DNA from: an uncultured Gammaproteobacteria bacterium | Lineage (GTDB): Bacteria > Tectomicrobia > Entotheonellia > Entotheonellales > Entotheonellaceae | DNA length: 64,000 nucleotides | Direction of reading: 5' to 3' | Assembly (NCBI GenBank): GCA_963773125.1 | Contig: CAVZBC010000079.1 | Location: 28,761-92,760, forward strand | Shown: positions 10,232-20,276 of the stretch, piece by piece | How the letters are laid out: each line of letters begins with the position of its first letter | Position numbering within the stretch: the first letter of the stretch is position 1 | Translations under genes and position numbers: made by a program | The notes under the pieces: generated by a model | Databases searched by the model: none | Told to the model about the DNA's origin: nothing | The model's input: only the letters and a program-made list of their open reading frames with translations

Positions 10232-11227
10232 TCACGTGTCTAAGGGCTGAGAATTTTGCTGCTGTAGCTCGTAGCGATCATATGCTTTAACGATTTCTTG
10301 CACGAGCGGATGACGAACCACATCACGTTCCGAAAAGTAAACGAATTCGATCCCGTCAATATTGTGTAGAATACGTTGAATCTGAATCAAGCCAGAGGTC
10401 TTGCCGTTCGGAAGATCTACCTGGGTAATGTCGCCTGTTATCACCATCTTCGAGTAGAAACCCAGCCGGGTGAGGAACATCTTCATCTGTTCGATCGTGG
10501 CGTTCTGGGCTTCATCCAAAATGACAAAGGAATCATTCAGGGTCCGGCCACGCATGAAAGCCAGCGGTGCGACTTCAATGGCACCTCGTTCGATAAGACG
10601 TTGGGCTTTTTCGAACTCTAGCATATCGTAAAGGGCATCGTACAGAGGACGCAGGTAGGGGTTCACTTTTTCCAGCAGATCGCCGGGCAGAAAGCCCAGT
10701 TTTTCCCCCGCTTCGACAGCCGGGCGTGCCAGAATGATACGACTAAACTCTTTTCGATCCAGGCCGGCAACCGCCATGGCCATCGCCAGGTAGGTCTTGC
10801 CGGTTCCAGCAGGGCCAATGCCAATAACGATGTCGTGGTGACGCATCGCTTGCACGTAACGTCGTTGGCCGAGGCTTTTCGGATTGATAAAGCGCTTGTT
10901 GGAGGGAATAGGTATGCGGTCATCCAGAAGTGTTTGAGACGTGAGGTCTTCTCCATTTTCGAGGAGGCGGAGGAGAAAGCCAAAATCAGCCATGTCAAGG
11001 CTGACACCTGATTCCAGAAGGCGATATGCCCCATCTAGAAGTCGTTCGGCGAGAAGGGTTGCCTCCGGTTTTCCCGCAATAGTCACGGTGGCATCATCTG
11101 TCGTAATACGGACTCCCAGCTGCTCTTCGAGGTAGTGGAGATTTGCATCATGAATGCCAAATAACAACGGGAGTGCACGACCATGTTTTAATTCAATCTG
11201 GCGTTCCATAGGACCTGGGTGCTTCAC
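10232..11227 (-). CDS. phoH: PhoH-like ATPase (YbeZ)
   Basis: 331-aa ORF with Walker A GPAGTGKTYLAMA and the PhoH core (ILDEAQN, ITGDITQVDLP). Confidence 0.9.
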   Translation of the reverse strand: MKHPGPMERQIELKHGRALPLLFGIHDANLHYLEEQLGVRITTDDATVTIAGKPEATLLAERLLDGAYRLLESGVSLDMADFGFLLRLLENGEDLTSQTLLDDRIPIPSNKRFINPKSLGQRRYVQAMRHHDIVIGIGPAGTGKTYLAMAMAVAGLDRKEFSRIILARPAVEAGEKLGFLPGDLLEKVNPYLRPLYDALYDMLEFEKAQRLIERGAIEVAPLAFMRGRTLNDSFVILDEAQNATIEQMKMFLTRLGFYSKMVITGDITQVDLPNGKTSGLIQIQRILHNIDGIEFVYFSERDVVRHPLVQEIVKAYDRYELQQQNSQPLDT

Positions 11228-11244
11228 CTCCGAAGATATGTGGT

Positions 11245-13938
11245 TTATTGTAAGGCTTCTAGAAGCGCTTGCTGTATGCTATCAATAGCTATCGTATCGA
11301 CAATCTTCTGCCCCTGAGAATCGGTAACGTAGAACACATCAATGGCTCTGTTGGCTTCGGTGGAAATTTTTGCCAGTGAGATATCAAGTCCTTGTTCAAA
11401 TAGGATACGCGTGAGTTTATAGAGTAGACCAAGGCGGTCTTGCGTTTGCACCTCAAAGACCGTATGGCTATCGGAGATCGTATTGTCGATCATCACCTGC
11501 GGCGGCTGCGCAAACGTCTCGAATTTGCGTTCATGGACCGAATACCGGTGTTGTGATAAGACTGCCTCGAAGTGACGCTCCCCGGTCAGCGCTGCAAGGA
11601 GATCCGCTTCAACACGGGCCCATACCCGCTCATCAGTGACTGGTGTACTCTCGGTGGTTTCTACTTGCAATGTGTCCACTGCTAACCCGTCCTTGGAGGT
11701 ATAAATCTGCGCTCCCAAGATGTTGAGTCTGTTTCGACTGAGCGCCCCAGCAATCATGGCGAAAACACCGCGCCGTCCTTCAACACAGACGGTTATAGTC
11801 GTAAACCCAACCGACAGATTGTGTGAGATGTCGAGAACGACCGGGGCGGTCAAGGTCGGTTGCGTCAGACGAATGTGCTTGGCAATTTCTTCTGGAGGAG
11901 TAGCCACAAGGTATTTGGCGGGCATGACGTCGAGAAATCGATCGACATTAGCGGCAACTTGATGGCTATTGAGGGCCGTCATAATAGCCGGCCGGAGACG
12001 TTGGCGTAACTCTGCTTCAGAGGGGAGAGTATTCTGTTTATGGAGGAGATGGTCTAGCGTACGTCGGTAGAGATCAGCCAGTAGCGTGCCTTTCCAGACA
12101 GTCCATACCTCTGGCCCTACGCCAGACGTATCGGCATAGGTGAGGAGATAGAGTTGCTCAAGATACGGCACCGATTCAACAATACTCGCAAATTCCGCAA
12201 TGACTTTGGGGTCGGTGATATCACGACGCTGGGCTAAGTGATTCATAACCAAGTGGTTCACGACGAGGATTTGTAGGACATGGCGCTGTTCGGCTGAGAG
12301 GCCAAGCCGTTCACACACATGCTCGGTCAGTTCCCCACTGCGGTGGACATGCAATGCTTGTCTGGGACCAATATCTTTCCCGAGATCATGGAGCAACAAG
12401 GCAAATTTGAGCAGCGCTTTGTCGGAGGTCTGATGGTACAGCAGTGCCAAGGAGCGCAACGACGGTTCTTGTGTTTCTGACAGGCGTTCGAGTGCTTCGA
12501 TGCTGTGTAGCGTATGTTCGTCGACCGTATAGCGATGGTAGAGGTCATATTGTACCAAACAGTGCAGTGGGGCGAATTCGGGGATATAGGCTCCGAGCAG
12601 GCCGTGGCGATGCATGGCACGGAGCACCACGGTGGCTTGCGGCTGTGCAAGTATCCGGAAGAATAACTCCTTGGCCTCAGGCGCTCGGCGTACCGTCTCG
12701 TTTGCCAAGAGTGTGGCGTGCGTTTTAATAGCACGTGATAGTGTAGGTGCCAGAGGAATATGGTGCATCTGGGCTTTGAAAAACGCTTGTAACAGCAGCA
12801 GAGGGCGTGCGGTAAACTGGGTTGTCAGACACGGAGCTTCGTGGGTCAAGTACCCATCCACGATCATGAAACCGTCTCCAATGTCTCGGCGACGACGCCA
12901 AAAACGCCAAAAACGCGGTTGATAAGTATGCATTACGGCTTCGAGTACACTCAAGCAAAGATCAAACACCACATTGGCGTGTAGATAATAGTCATTCAGA
13001 AAGTGTTCAACAGCTTGTTTGTGCCCTGTCGGTTGAAAATCCAGGGCTACAGCAAGTTTTTCTTGGACATCTACAGAGAGAAGATCGTTTTTGCGGCCGT
13101 AGTGAAAGTGTAAGGTGTTCCGGACACGGAAAAGAAAATCCAGCGCTTCTTCCACGGCCTCTTGATCGGTTGACGTCAGTATCCCCTGCGTCACCAGGTC
13201 TGCTAAAGCACGGGTGTCGTAGCACGCCATGCTGAGCCACAGGGCCGTATGGTAATCTCGCAGCCCTCCTGGTCCTTCTTTGATGTTGGGTTCCATCAAA
13301 TTGACTGTGTTGGCAAATGCGGCATGGCGTTGCCGGCATTCAGTGATTTTTTGCCGCACGAAAGCACGCCGTTTCCGGGGGGTAAACCGTCGATGCCCAA
13401 CTTCTTCCCGAAACCAGTGAAAAAGAGCCCGGTCTCCATCTATGAACCGTGCTTCCATCATGGCGGTTTGGGCGGTGATGTCCGCGTCGGCCATATGGAT
13501 CACATCTCGCCGTGTGCGCACACTGTGCCCAAGCGTGTAGCCCACGTCCCACAGCAGATAGAGCGTTTCCCGTACTACCCCGTCTGGCGGGGTTTTCTGA
13601 CAGAGGAACATCAAATCGATGTCTGAGTGGGGATTCAGCTCTCCCCGCCCATATCCCCCGAGCGCCAAAAGTGCACAGGGGACGTTTGCAGAGGCATGGT
13701 GTGCCAGGACATACTGAAAAACGGTGCGTACTACATCATCGACGAGGGCAGTCAGATGACGCACAACATTGCGGCCACGGGCACCGGCCGCATGTTCTTG
13801 GCGAAGCCGTTCCTGCGCCGCGGCAATGAGAGTCTTGAGCCCTTGTAAAAAGTCGGGCCGGTCATAGCAGCGATCAAGCAGGGTGGCAAAGGAGCGAGGA
13901 GAACCGAGTGCGTCGTCCAGTTTCGACTGCGAGGTCAT
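11245..13938 (-). CDS. glnD: [Protein-PII] uridylyltransferase/uridylyl-removing enzyme GlnD
   Basis: ~897 aa with an N-terminal nucleotidyltransferase domain (GGYGRGELNPHSDIDL), an HD domain (LLLHDLGK) and two C-terminal ACT-like repeats. The likely start is ATG 13936-13938 (MTSQSKLDD), just after the xerD stop. Confidence 0.85.
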   Translation of the reverse strand: MTSQSKLDDALGSPRSFATLLDRCYDRPDFLQGLKTLIAAAQERLRQEHAAGARGRNVVRHLTALVDDVVRTVFQYVLAHHASANVPCALLALGGYGRGELNPHSDIDLMFLCQKTPPDGVVRETLYLLWDVGYTLGHSVRTRRDVIHMADADITAQTAMMEARFIDGDRALFHWFREEVGHRRFTPRKRRAFVRQKITECRQRHAAFANTVNLMEPNIKEGPGGLRDYHTALWLSMACYDTRALADLVTQGILTSTDQEAVEEALDFLFRVRNTLHFHYGRKNDLLSVDVQEKLAVALDFQPTGHKQAVEHFLNDYYLHANVVFDLCLSVLEAVMHTYQPRFWRFWRRRRDIGDGFMIVDGYLTHEAPCLTTQFTARPLLLLQAFFKAQMHHIPLAPTLSRAIKTHATLLANETVRRAPEAKELFFRILAQPQATVVLRAMHRHGLLGAYIPEFAPLHCLVQYDLYHRYTVDEHTLHSIEALERLSETQEPSLRSLALLYHQTSDKALLKFALLLHDLGKDIGPRQALHVHRSGELTEHVCERLGLSAEQRHVLQILVVNHLVMNHLAQRRDITDPKVIAEFASIVESVPYLEQLYLLTYADTSGVGPEVWTVWKGTLLADLYRRTLDHLLHKQNTLPSEAELRQRLRPAIMTALNSHQVAANVDRFLDVMPAKYLVATPPEEIAKHIRLTQPTLTAPVVLDISHNLSVGFTTITVCVEGRRGVFAMIAGALSRNRLNILGAQIYTSKDGLAVDTLQVETTESTPVTDERVWARVEADLLAALTGERHFEAVLSQHRYSVHERKFETFAQPPQVMIDNTISDSHTVFEVQTQDRLGLLYKLTRILFEQGLDISLAKISTEANRAIDVFYVTDSQGQKIVDTIAIDSIQQALLEALQ

Positions 13939-13948
13939 GCTGTTGCCC

Positions 13949-14845
13949 CTATGGCCGTGGATGATGCTGGCGATACATCTTATGCAAGTGCTGCTGCGCA
14001 ACATGCGTATAGATCTGCGTGGTGGAAATATCCGTATGCCCGAGCATGTGCTGCAGGGAGCGCAGGTCTATGCCACCTTCGAGCAGATGGGTCGCAAACG
14101 AGTGACGTAATGTGTGCGGGCTCACATGGGTAGTGATAGTGGCTTCTTGTACGTACCGCTTGACGATTTTCCACAGTCCTTGTCGTGTAAGGCCTTGTGC
14201 AGCGCGATTGACGAACACATGCGTAGCTTGCCGATTTTTGACGAGTTTGGGCCGTCCTTCAAGAAGATAATCATCGAGTTGTACAGCGGCCATGTCGCCA
14301 ACGGGGACGAGGCGCTCCTTGTCCCCCTTCCCTTTCACCTTCACATACCCTCCTATAGTGTTGATATCGTTCAAGGTCAGGCTCACGAGCTCGCTGGCGC
14401 GCATGCCTGTCGCATAGAGCAATTCCAGCAAGGCGGCGTCGCGTTTGCCAAGGGGGGTATTGGTATCAGGGGCTTGCAAGAGTCGTTCGACCTCTGCATG
14501 GGTGAGCGTGTGTGGAAGCCGCTGCCATTGGCGCGGAGTTTGGATATGGGCGGCAGGGTTATCAGCCATGGTGGAGCGTTCACTCATAAAAGCATAGAAG
14601 GCTTTTATGGCCACGAGTTCTCTGGCTGTAGTACGGGCTGAGATTCCCTGCTGACGACGGGCAGCAAGATACCCAATCACGTCGTCGCGAGTGAGCTGGT
14701 GCAATGGCGATGTGCCCTGCTGGTTCAGATAGTGACAAAAACGCTGTACATCCCCCACATACGCCTCGAGCGTGTTACGAGCAAGGCCTTTTTCGATAAG
14801 TAAATAGTGCTGAAAAGCGTCTAGTTGTATGTCGAGGGAAGACAT
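13949..14845 (-). CDS. xerD: Site-specific tyrosine recombinase XerD/XerC
   Basis: N-terminal SAM-like domain (FQHYLLIEKGLARNTLEAYVGDVQRF) and catalytic signature (HTLRHSFATHLLEGGIDLRSLQHMLGHTDISTTQIYTHV). The likely start is MSSLDIQ at 14845. The XerD versus XerC assignment is tentative. Confidence 0.75.
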   Translation of the reverse strand: MSSLDIQLDAFQHYLLIEKGLARNTLEAYVGDVQRFCHYLNQQGTSPLHQLTRDDVIGYLAARRQQGISARTTARELVAIKAFYAFMSERSTMADNPAAHIQTPRQWQRLPHTLTHAEVERLLQAPDTNTPLGKRDAALLELLYATGMRASELVSLTLNDINTIGGYVKVKGKGDKERLVPVGDMAAVQLDDYLLEGRPKLVKNRQATHVFVNRAAQGLTRQGLWKIVKRYVQEATITTHVSPHTLRHSFATHLLEGGIDLRSLQHMLGHTDISTTQIYTHVAQQHLHKMYRQHHPRP

Positions 14846-14953
14846 AGTCTCACTCTTTATACGTGACCTGATTCCAGCTGTAGCACATTCTCGCGATCCA
14901 AGCATAGCGCAAATAGCCCGAAGACGAAAGGGCCTTGTTGGACAGGGCGCTCG

Positions 14954-14982
14954 TTGACACCCTGCCGCACACTTGCTATACT
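14954..14982 (+). promoter_or_regulatory. Sigma70-type promoter of rpsT
   Basis: TTGACA (14954-14959), 17-nt spacer, TATACT (14977-14982). The AAGGAGG RBS at ~14995 and ATG 15012 follow. Confidence 0.6.
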
Positions 14983-15011
14983 CCTCAGCCGCGAAAGGAG
15001 GTGGATTTCAT

Positions 15012-15290
15012 ATGGCACAGAAAAACCCGTCCGCTGAGAAACGGACACGACAAAACCAGCGGCGCTATCAACGAAATTCTATGCTGCGCTCTGCTCTGCG
15101 TACGGCAGTAAAAAAGCTCGTTGTGGCGCTTGACTCGGGGGATGTGAATGCTGCCCAAGCCGAACTCCCAAAAGCCGTACGTGCTCTTGGTAAAGCACAT
15201 TCGAAAGGCGTGATTCACAAAAATCATGCGGCCCGCAAAATTTCCCGCCTGACTCGCAAAGTCAATACGTTAGTCGACTCTCAGTCTTAA
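15012..15290 (+). CDS. rpsT: 30S ribosomal protein S20
   Basis: MAQKNPSAEKRTRQNQRRYQRNSMLRSALRTAVKKL.. is a typical S20 sequence. The ATG is preceded by a strong RBS. Confidence 0.9.
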   Translation: MAQKNPSAEKRTRQNQRRYQRNSMLRSALRTAVKKLVVALDSGDVNAAQAELPKAVRALGKAHSKGVIHKNHAARKISRLTRKVNTLVDSQS

Positions 15291-16288
15291 TGACCTGCAC
15301 ACAGCTCAAGAATCAAACCTTCGAGGGTTGCCTGAGGAGGTTTGTTCGTCGTTTTGAACGCGATATCTGCTTCGACGGCTGCACTGTATAGCTGCCGTAG
15401 GCGCTCAGGGGGGAAGTAACGGCTTTGATGCGCCAAACGGCGACAGACGGGGAGCGGGAGCCCTAACGTTTTGGCAATGTGTCCGTCATCGTGAGACTGT
15501 TGGGCAAGTTGGCGCACACTCCACAGCAAACGCAGGTGGCGCACAAGCATGCTAAACACCACGAGAGGCGGCTCACCCTGGGTTAAGAGTTTCTCAAGGA
15601 CGGTGAAGGCTTGTACTATCTGACGGGTACCGATCGCATCTGATAAAGCGAAAATGGAATGCTGTCGTGAGGCGTAGCACACTGCCTGCACATCGGCCAC
15701 TGTAATCGTTTTGGCCTCGCCTGCATAGGTACACAGCTTGTCGATTTCCTGCTGCATCGTCCACAAGTCGTGTTGTTGATCCTGAGCGAGTGCCTGGATG
15801 GCCTCGCTTGAGATAGAACAATCGCCTTGTTTGACTTGCGTACGTATCCATTCGTGAAGTGGCGCTCCCTCAAGGTGATTACATGCAACAGTAAGCGCTT
15901 TTTGCCATAATCGGGCAGGAAACGTTTTAGGATTGCTCTCGGTACTACTACAGATGAGGGCTGTGCTCTCGGAGGGGTGCTCGGCGTAGGCGTCCAGTTG
16001 CTGCAAGTCGTCCTTCCGGAGCTGGTGCAGACCGTGTAAGACCACTACACGGTGGGAGGCCATCATAGGCAAGGTCCGGGCGATATCGAGCGCTTCGGGC
16101 AAGGTGTCGCTGGCCGCAGAAAAGACATCACAGTTAAAATCATGTGAGGCCCCTGCAAGAATGCGTTCGATCAACACAGTCGTGTACTGCTGGATGAGGT
16201 AGGATTCCTCTCCACATAACAGGTACAGTGGATCAATGCGCCTCGCAGACAGACGCTGCAAGATTTTGGCGATGGTGATGTGGGGCAC
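15287..16288 (-). CDS. holA: DNA polymerase III delta subunit HolA
   Basis: 333-aa ORF with a delta-subunit N-terminus (YLLCGEESYLIQQ). It has the classic position downstream of lptE. Confidence 0.75.
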   Translation of the reverse strand: MPHITIAKILQRLSARRIDPLYLLCGEESYLIQQYTTVLIERILAGASHDFNCDVFSAASDTLPEALDIARTLPMMASHRVVVLHGLHQLRKDDLQQLDAYAEHPSESTALICSSTESNPKTFPARLWQKALTVACNHLEGAPLHEWIRTQVKQGDCSISSEAIQALAQDQQHDLWTMQQEIDKLCTYAGEAKTITVADVQAVCYASRQHSIFALSDAIGTRQIVQAFTVLEKLLTQGEPPLVVFSMLVRHLRLLWSVRQLAQQSHDDGHIAKTLGLPLPVCRRLAHQSRYFPPERLRQLYSAAVEADIAFKTTNKPPQATLEGLILELCAGH

Positions 16289-16298
16289 CAGCGGCCTC

Positions 16299-16970
16299 CT
16301 AGAGAAGTCTTACTATCAGTAAGGCGGTCAGCGAGTCAGCGAACCGTTGTGCGAGACGAAATAGCGCCGCCTCTTTGGCGACGATATTCTCCCGTACTAC
16401 GCCAGTACTGGAGACCAGATACTCCGCCCAGGCGGAAACCTCTTGCTCCAACGTCGGACTAGGGGCATTACTGTCGATCAGCCGAACCAGGACGTCTGCC
16501 TCGAGACGATACTGTAGTGCGTTGTCATTCTCATCAAAGGCCAAAGGATAGATGCGAAATCTTCGGATAGTCCCTTCGACTCGCTGCGATGCCGTTGTGG
16601 CAGTGACGAGTGCAAAGGCCTGACTCCGCATAATGGCCTGACGTAGCGCTGTTGTCAGGTGGCTTTCCAATCCTGGCTCACGGGTATGATTCAGAAAAGG
16701 CGTCACAGCGAGAGACATGCGGCGCTTGGAGGTCATTGCTGTAGAGCCGACAAGCGTGTATCCACACCCTGGAACACTGCCGATCATGAGGCTGAGCACT
16801 AGGAGCAGCCACAGATATTCACTGCAGGGGTGACAGAGAGTTTTCAGCAGTTCACTCTTCCCAGGAAAAAATAGTATGCGGCGCGATGCGATGGAGTGTG
16901 AGGCGCTCACAACCCAAGACGCTCTCTTTCCTCGGGTTGTGTATGTACCATACATAGCTGCCGGTAGCAA
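16299..16970 (-). CDS. lptE: LPS-assembly lipoprotein LptE-like (start uncertain)
   Basis: A hydrophobic leader ends in a lipobox-like VPGC followed by GYTLVGS (compare the LptE CGF.LRG motif). It is immediately upstream of holA. The true start is probably well inside the ORF. Confidence 0.55.
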   Translation of the reverse strand: MLPAAMYGTYTTRGKRASWVVSASHSIASRRILFFPGKSELLKTLCHPCSEYLWLLLVLSLMIGSVPGCGYTLVGSTAMTSKRRMSLAVTPFLNHTREPGLESHLTTALRQAIMRSQAFALVTATTASQRVEGTIRRFRIYPLAFDENDNALQYRLEADVLVRLIDSNAPSPTLEQEVSAWAEYLVSSTGVVRENIVAKEAALFRLAQRFADSLTALLIVRLL

Positions 16971-16999
16971 GGGATATATTTGCCCGGAGCATAAAGCAG

Positions 17000-17028
17000 T
17001 TGCCGGAACTACCAGAAATCAGTATAGT
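17000..17028 (+). promoter_or_regulatory. Sigma70-type promoter of tRNA-Arg
   Basis: TTGCCG (17000-17005), 17-nt spacer, TATAGT (17023-17028), ~23 nt upstream of the tRNA 5' end. Confidence 0.5.
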
Positions 17029-17051
17029 ACATGGCAACCACTGTGCATGGT

Positions 17052-17126
17052 GCCCCCGTAGCTCAGCCCGGATAGAGCAACGGCCTCCGGAGCCGTGTGT
17101 CGGACGTTCAAATCGTCTCGGGGGTA
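17052..17126 (+). tRNA. tRNA-Arg (anticodon CCG)
   Basis: A hand-folded 75-nt cloverleaf:
- acceptor GCCCCCG/CGGGGGT;
- D arm GCTC/GAGC;
- anticodon stem ACGGC/GCCGT with loop CTCCGGA;
- T arm GGACG/CGTCT with loop TTCAAAT;
- discriminator A.
CCA is not fully encoded. Confidence 0.9.
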
Positions 17127-17302
17127 CCTCCTATTCCCTGGTCCTGCCACGCGTTGTTGCATACCACAGTGCCTTGAGGATACATTGCTGGGGTGAGATC
17201 AGCATTGCTTTTCGTGTCTACCCATGCTATCAACACGAGAGATGCATCTTCCCATGTGTAGACCCCCACGTTGACTGATCATGATGAGGAGTAGAGAGGG
17301 CT

Positions 17303-18187
17303 ATGGGAGGAGACCACAGCAAATCACGCCGCTGCCGGTTTCGTGACCTCATTGCTGCCCCAGAGATTCTGGTGTTGCCAGGAGCATGGGACGCCTTGTC
17401 AGCCCTCCTGATTGAACAGGCAGGTTTTCAAGGTGTCTATGTCACGGGTGGTGGCATTGCTCGCAGTAGTGGCGTGCCTGATATTGGCCTCATTACACTG
17501 AGTGAGCAAGTAGCACGGGTCAAAATGATTTGTGAGGCAGTGACAGTTCCTGTGTTGGCCGATGCCGATACAGGCTATGGTAACGCCCTGAACCTGATAC
17601 GCACGGTGCGGGAGATGGAGGCCGCCGGGGCCGCAGGAGTGCATATTGAGGATCAGGTGACCCCGAAACGTTGTGGACACTACGAGGGGAAAGAGGTTGT
17701 CGAGCGCAGGGAGTTCATCAAGAAGATCGAGGCCGCTTGCGCCGCACGGCGGGATGACGATTTTGTCATTATCGCCCGTACCGATGCGCGAGCCGTCTTA
17801 GGATTGGAAGAAGCCATCGCACGTGGGCAGGCAGCACACCAGGTTGGGGCCGATGTGGTGTTCATTGAAGCACCGCAGAGCCTGGAGGAGATCAAACGCA
17901 TTGCGGATGCTCTTGAGGTCCCTTTGCTACTCAATATGGTGACCAAAGGCGGTAGAACACCTTACGTCGCCACCGATGAGCTCGAACGCCTCGGCTACGA
18001 TATTGTCCTGTTTGCGTCTGAAGTGCAGCGGGCTTCGATCTTTGCCATGCAACGTCTTCTGGCGGATCTCCGTGTGCAACGTACCGCGGAATTTTTTGAG
18101 GACATGGTACATTTCCACGAGCGTGAACGTATTGTCAACACGGCCTATTATTTGCAACTTCAAGAGCGCTATCTGCGCTTGGACTGA
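17303..18187 (+). CDS. Isocitrate lyase/PEP mutase superfamily protein (2-methylisocitrate lyase / carboxyvinyl-carboxyphosphonate phosphorylmutase-like)
   Basis: 294-aa ORF with the motifs LPGAWDALSALLIEQAGF, ADADTGYGNA, GVHIEDQVTPKRCGH and IIARTDA. Confidence 0.75.
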   Translation: MGGDHSKSRRCRFRDLIAAPEILVLPGAWDALSALLIEQAGFQGVYVTGGGIARSSGVPDIGLITLSEQVARVKMICEAVTVPVLADADTGYGNALNLIRTVREMEAAGAAGVHIEDQVTPKRCGHYEGKEVVERREFIKKIEAACAARRDDDFVIIARTDARAVLGLEEAIARGQAAHQVGADVVFIEAPQSLEEIKRIADALEVPLLLNMVTKGGRTPYVATDELERLGYDIVLFASEVQRASIFAMQRLLADLRVQRTAEFFEDMVHFHERERIVNTAYYLQLQERYLRLD

Positions 18188-18202
18188 TGTGATGTACTGC
18201 TT

Positions 18203-19492
18203 ATGGAACGTGTAGAGATTTTCCCAGCACAGCAACTTGTAGACACCCATACCATCCCGGGCTCAAAGAGCTATACAAATCGTGCTTTGACCATTGCGGC
18301 GTTGGCGCGTGGCAACAGCGTCCTGCACGGGGCCCTCTTCAGCGATGATACACACGTGGCGCAGCAGGCACTCATCCGTCTTGGCGTGCCTATAGGACAG
18401 CAGGGCACCACCGTGCAAGTGGCCGGACAGCAGGGGCGCTTTACCGACCCCCAGCAGGCGCTGTACCTTGGCAATGCTGGAACTGCTATGCGCTTTTTTA
18501 CTGCCATGCTCACGTTGGCGGGATTCCCCTGCACCCTGACTGGCAACATGCGCATGCACCAACGGCCTATAGCTGACTTGCTCGATACCCTGAATGCTCT
18601 CGGGGCGGACACTACCAGTATAGCGGGGAATGGCTGCCCTCCTGTGCAGATCGGAGCGCGCCGGTTACGGGGCGGAGTAGCCACTATTTCAGGGGCAATC
18701 AGTAGTCAGTTTCTCTCTGCACTGTTGATGGTGGCTCCATACGCGTCTCAGGATGTCACGTTGATAGTGCGGGACACTCTCGTATCGGTTCCTTACGTGA
18801 ATATTACTCTCGATATCATGGCGCATTTTGGGGCGCAGGTGGAGCATGACGCGTATCGACGCTTTGTCATTCGGGGCCAACAGTGTTATGAAGGGTGTGA
18901 ATACACTATTGAAGGAGATGCGTCTTCTGCCACCTATTTTTGGGGCGTAGCAGCCCTACTCGGACAGGACATGACGATCACGAATGTACCGGCTACCTCA
19001 GTACAGGGGGATCTGCAATTTCTCCACGTCTTAGAACGGATGGGGTGTACAGTTCGACGTCAGCATGGCATTCGAGTCTCTGGCCCATCCCGGTTACAGC
19101 CCCTGGGAGAGATTGATCTGAATGCCCTCCCCGATGCAGCGATGACCGTGGCAGTGTTGGCGGCCTTCTGTCAGGGGGAAACGCGAATTCGTAACGTGGC
19201 GAATCTGCGCCTGAAGGAGACCAACCGCTTACAAGCGCTGACTGCAGAGTTGGGGAAACTTGGTGTTAACGTGAAAGAATTATCTGATGGCCTACAGATT
19301 GAAGGCAATCCAGCGGCACTCCATGGGGCTGACATCGCTACCTATGATGACCACCGGATGGCCATGTGTTTTGCCATGGCCGGAGCACGACTCCCTGGTA
19401 TACGTATTCAGGAGCCCGCCTGTGTGTCAAAAACCTATCCAGGTTTCTGGGAAGATCTACAACGGGTAGGAGTCCAGGTGAGAAAGGTCTAA
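18203..19492 (+). CDS. aroA: 3-phosphoshikimate 1-carboxyvinyltransferase (EPSP synthase)
   Basis: 429-aa ORF with the motifs PGSKSYTNRAL, LGNAGTAMRF and DHRMAMCFA. Confidence 0.9.
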   Translation: MERVEIFPAQQLVDTHTIPGSKSYTNRALTIAALARGNSVLHGALFSDDTHVAQQALIRLGVPIGQQGTTVQVAGQQGRFTDPQQALYLGNAGTAMRFFTAMLTLAGFPCTLTGNMRMHQRPIADLLDTLNALGADTTSIAGNGCPPVQIGARRLRGGVATISGAISSQFLSALLMVAPYASQDVTLIVRDTLVSVPYVNITLDIMAHFGAQVEHDAYRRFVIRGQQCYEGCEYTIEGDASSATYFWGVAALLGQDMTITNVPATSVQGDLQFLHVLERMGCTVRRQHGIRVSGPSRLQPLGEIDLNALPDAAMTVAVLAAFCQGETRIRNVANLRLKETNRLQALTAELGKLGVNVKELSDGLQIEGNPAALHGADIATYDDHRMAMCFAMAGARLPGIRIQEPACVSKTYPGFWEDLQRVGVQVRKV

Positions 19493-19495
19493 ACG

Positions 19496-20038
19496 GTGAA
19501 TGTGATTCTGACCGGCATGCGTGGCACGGGCAAGAGTAGTATAGGCCGGCTCCTGGCGAAGTTACTGGCGTTTACCTGTGTTGATACGGATGTCCTGATT
19601 GAAGAATGTGCCGGACAGCCAATTGCCGATATTGTTGCAGCCCACGGCTGGGCATATTTTCGGACCCTTGAACGACAAGTTGTGCAGCGGATTGCTATAG
19701 GTGACCAGCAAGTCGTTGCCACCGGAGGGGGCACCCTGATCGACCAGGACAACGCCCAGCGCTTGAAAACGTCGGGGATCGTCGTGTTACTCATCTGTGA
19801 TATTGCCACACTGCAGCAGCGCATCGCTGGGCAGGGCAATCGTCCTTCTTTGACCGGCCAAGGGTCAGCCGTGCTGGAACTGACCCAGGTATGGGAGGAG
19901 CGGCGCGCGCGGTACCTAGAGATCGCTGATCTCACCTACGACGTCTCATCAGAGAGCGCTGATAGCAGGTATGATCTCACACGCAAGGCCAAGGCCATCC
20001 ACCATCTACTCCAACAAGCTGGAACCGTCCGGAAGTGA
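19496..20038 (+). CDS. aroK: Shikimate kinase
   Basis: GTG start 4 nt after the aroA stop. Contains Walker A GMRGTGKSSIGR and GGG (ATGGGTL). Confidence 0.85.
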   Translation: MNVILTGMRGTGKSSIGRLLAKLLAFTCVDTDVLIEECAGQPIADIVAAHGWAYFRTLERQVVQRIAIGDQQVVATGGGTLIDQDNAQRLKTSGIVVLLICDIATLQQRIAGQGNRPSLTGQGSAVLELTQVWEERRARYLEIADLTYDVSSESADSRYDLTRKAKAIHHLLQQAGTVRK

Positions 20039-20078
20039 ACCTTGACGGGAAGCTATTTTAGCCCTACGAGAGGAGCGT

Positions 20079-20264
20079 ATGGGATTTTTGCACGATGTGT
20101 TTAGCGTCTGCAAGTTTCTCTTCGGTCTTGGCGCGCTATTCGCGCTGCTCGCGATTGGAGCCATCCTGGTGTGGTTTTGTCTGCGCCTGCTTGTGCTCCG
20201 TCTGTTGGTGGGACAACCCGCAGGGCGTTATGCGGGGTTACGCAAACTCTTTCAGGAGTTATAA
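20079..20264 (+). CDS. Small hydrophobic protein (61 aa), hypothetical
   Basis: ATG preceded by a GAGGAG RBS. One or two predicted TM helices. No recognisable family. Confidence 0.4.
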   Translation: MGFLHDVFSVCKFLFGLGALFALLAIGAILVWFCLRLLVLRLLVGQPAGRYAGLRKLFQEL

Positions 20265-20276
20265 AGCGAGCCTGTG

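Noticed and set aside
13949-17126. Tyrosine recombinase near a tRNA gene as the signature of an integrated element
   Set aside because: The recombinase has the XerC/D architecture. It sits among housekeeping genes (glnD, rpsT, holA, lptE) about 2 kb from the tRNA. I see no duplicated tRNA 3' end or att-like direct repeat, and the flanks are core genes.
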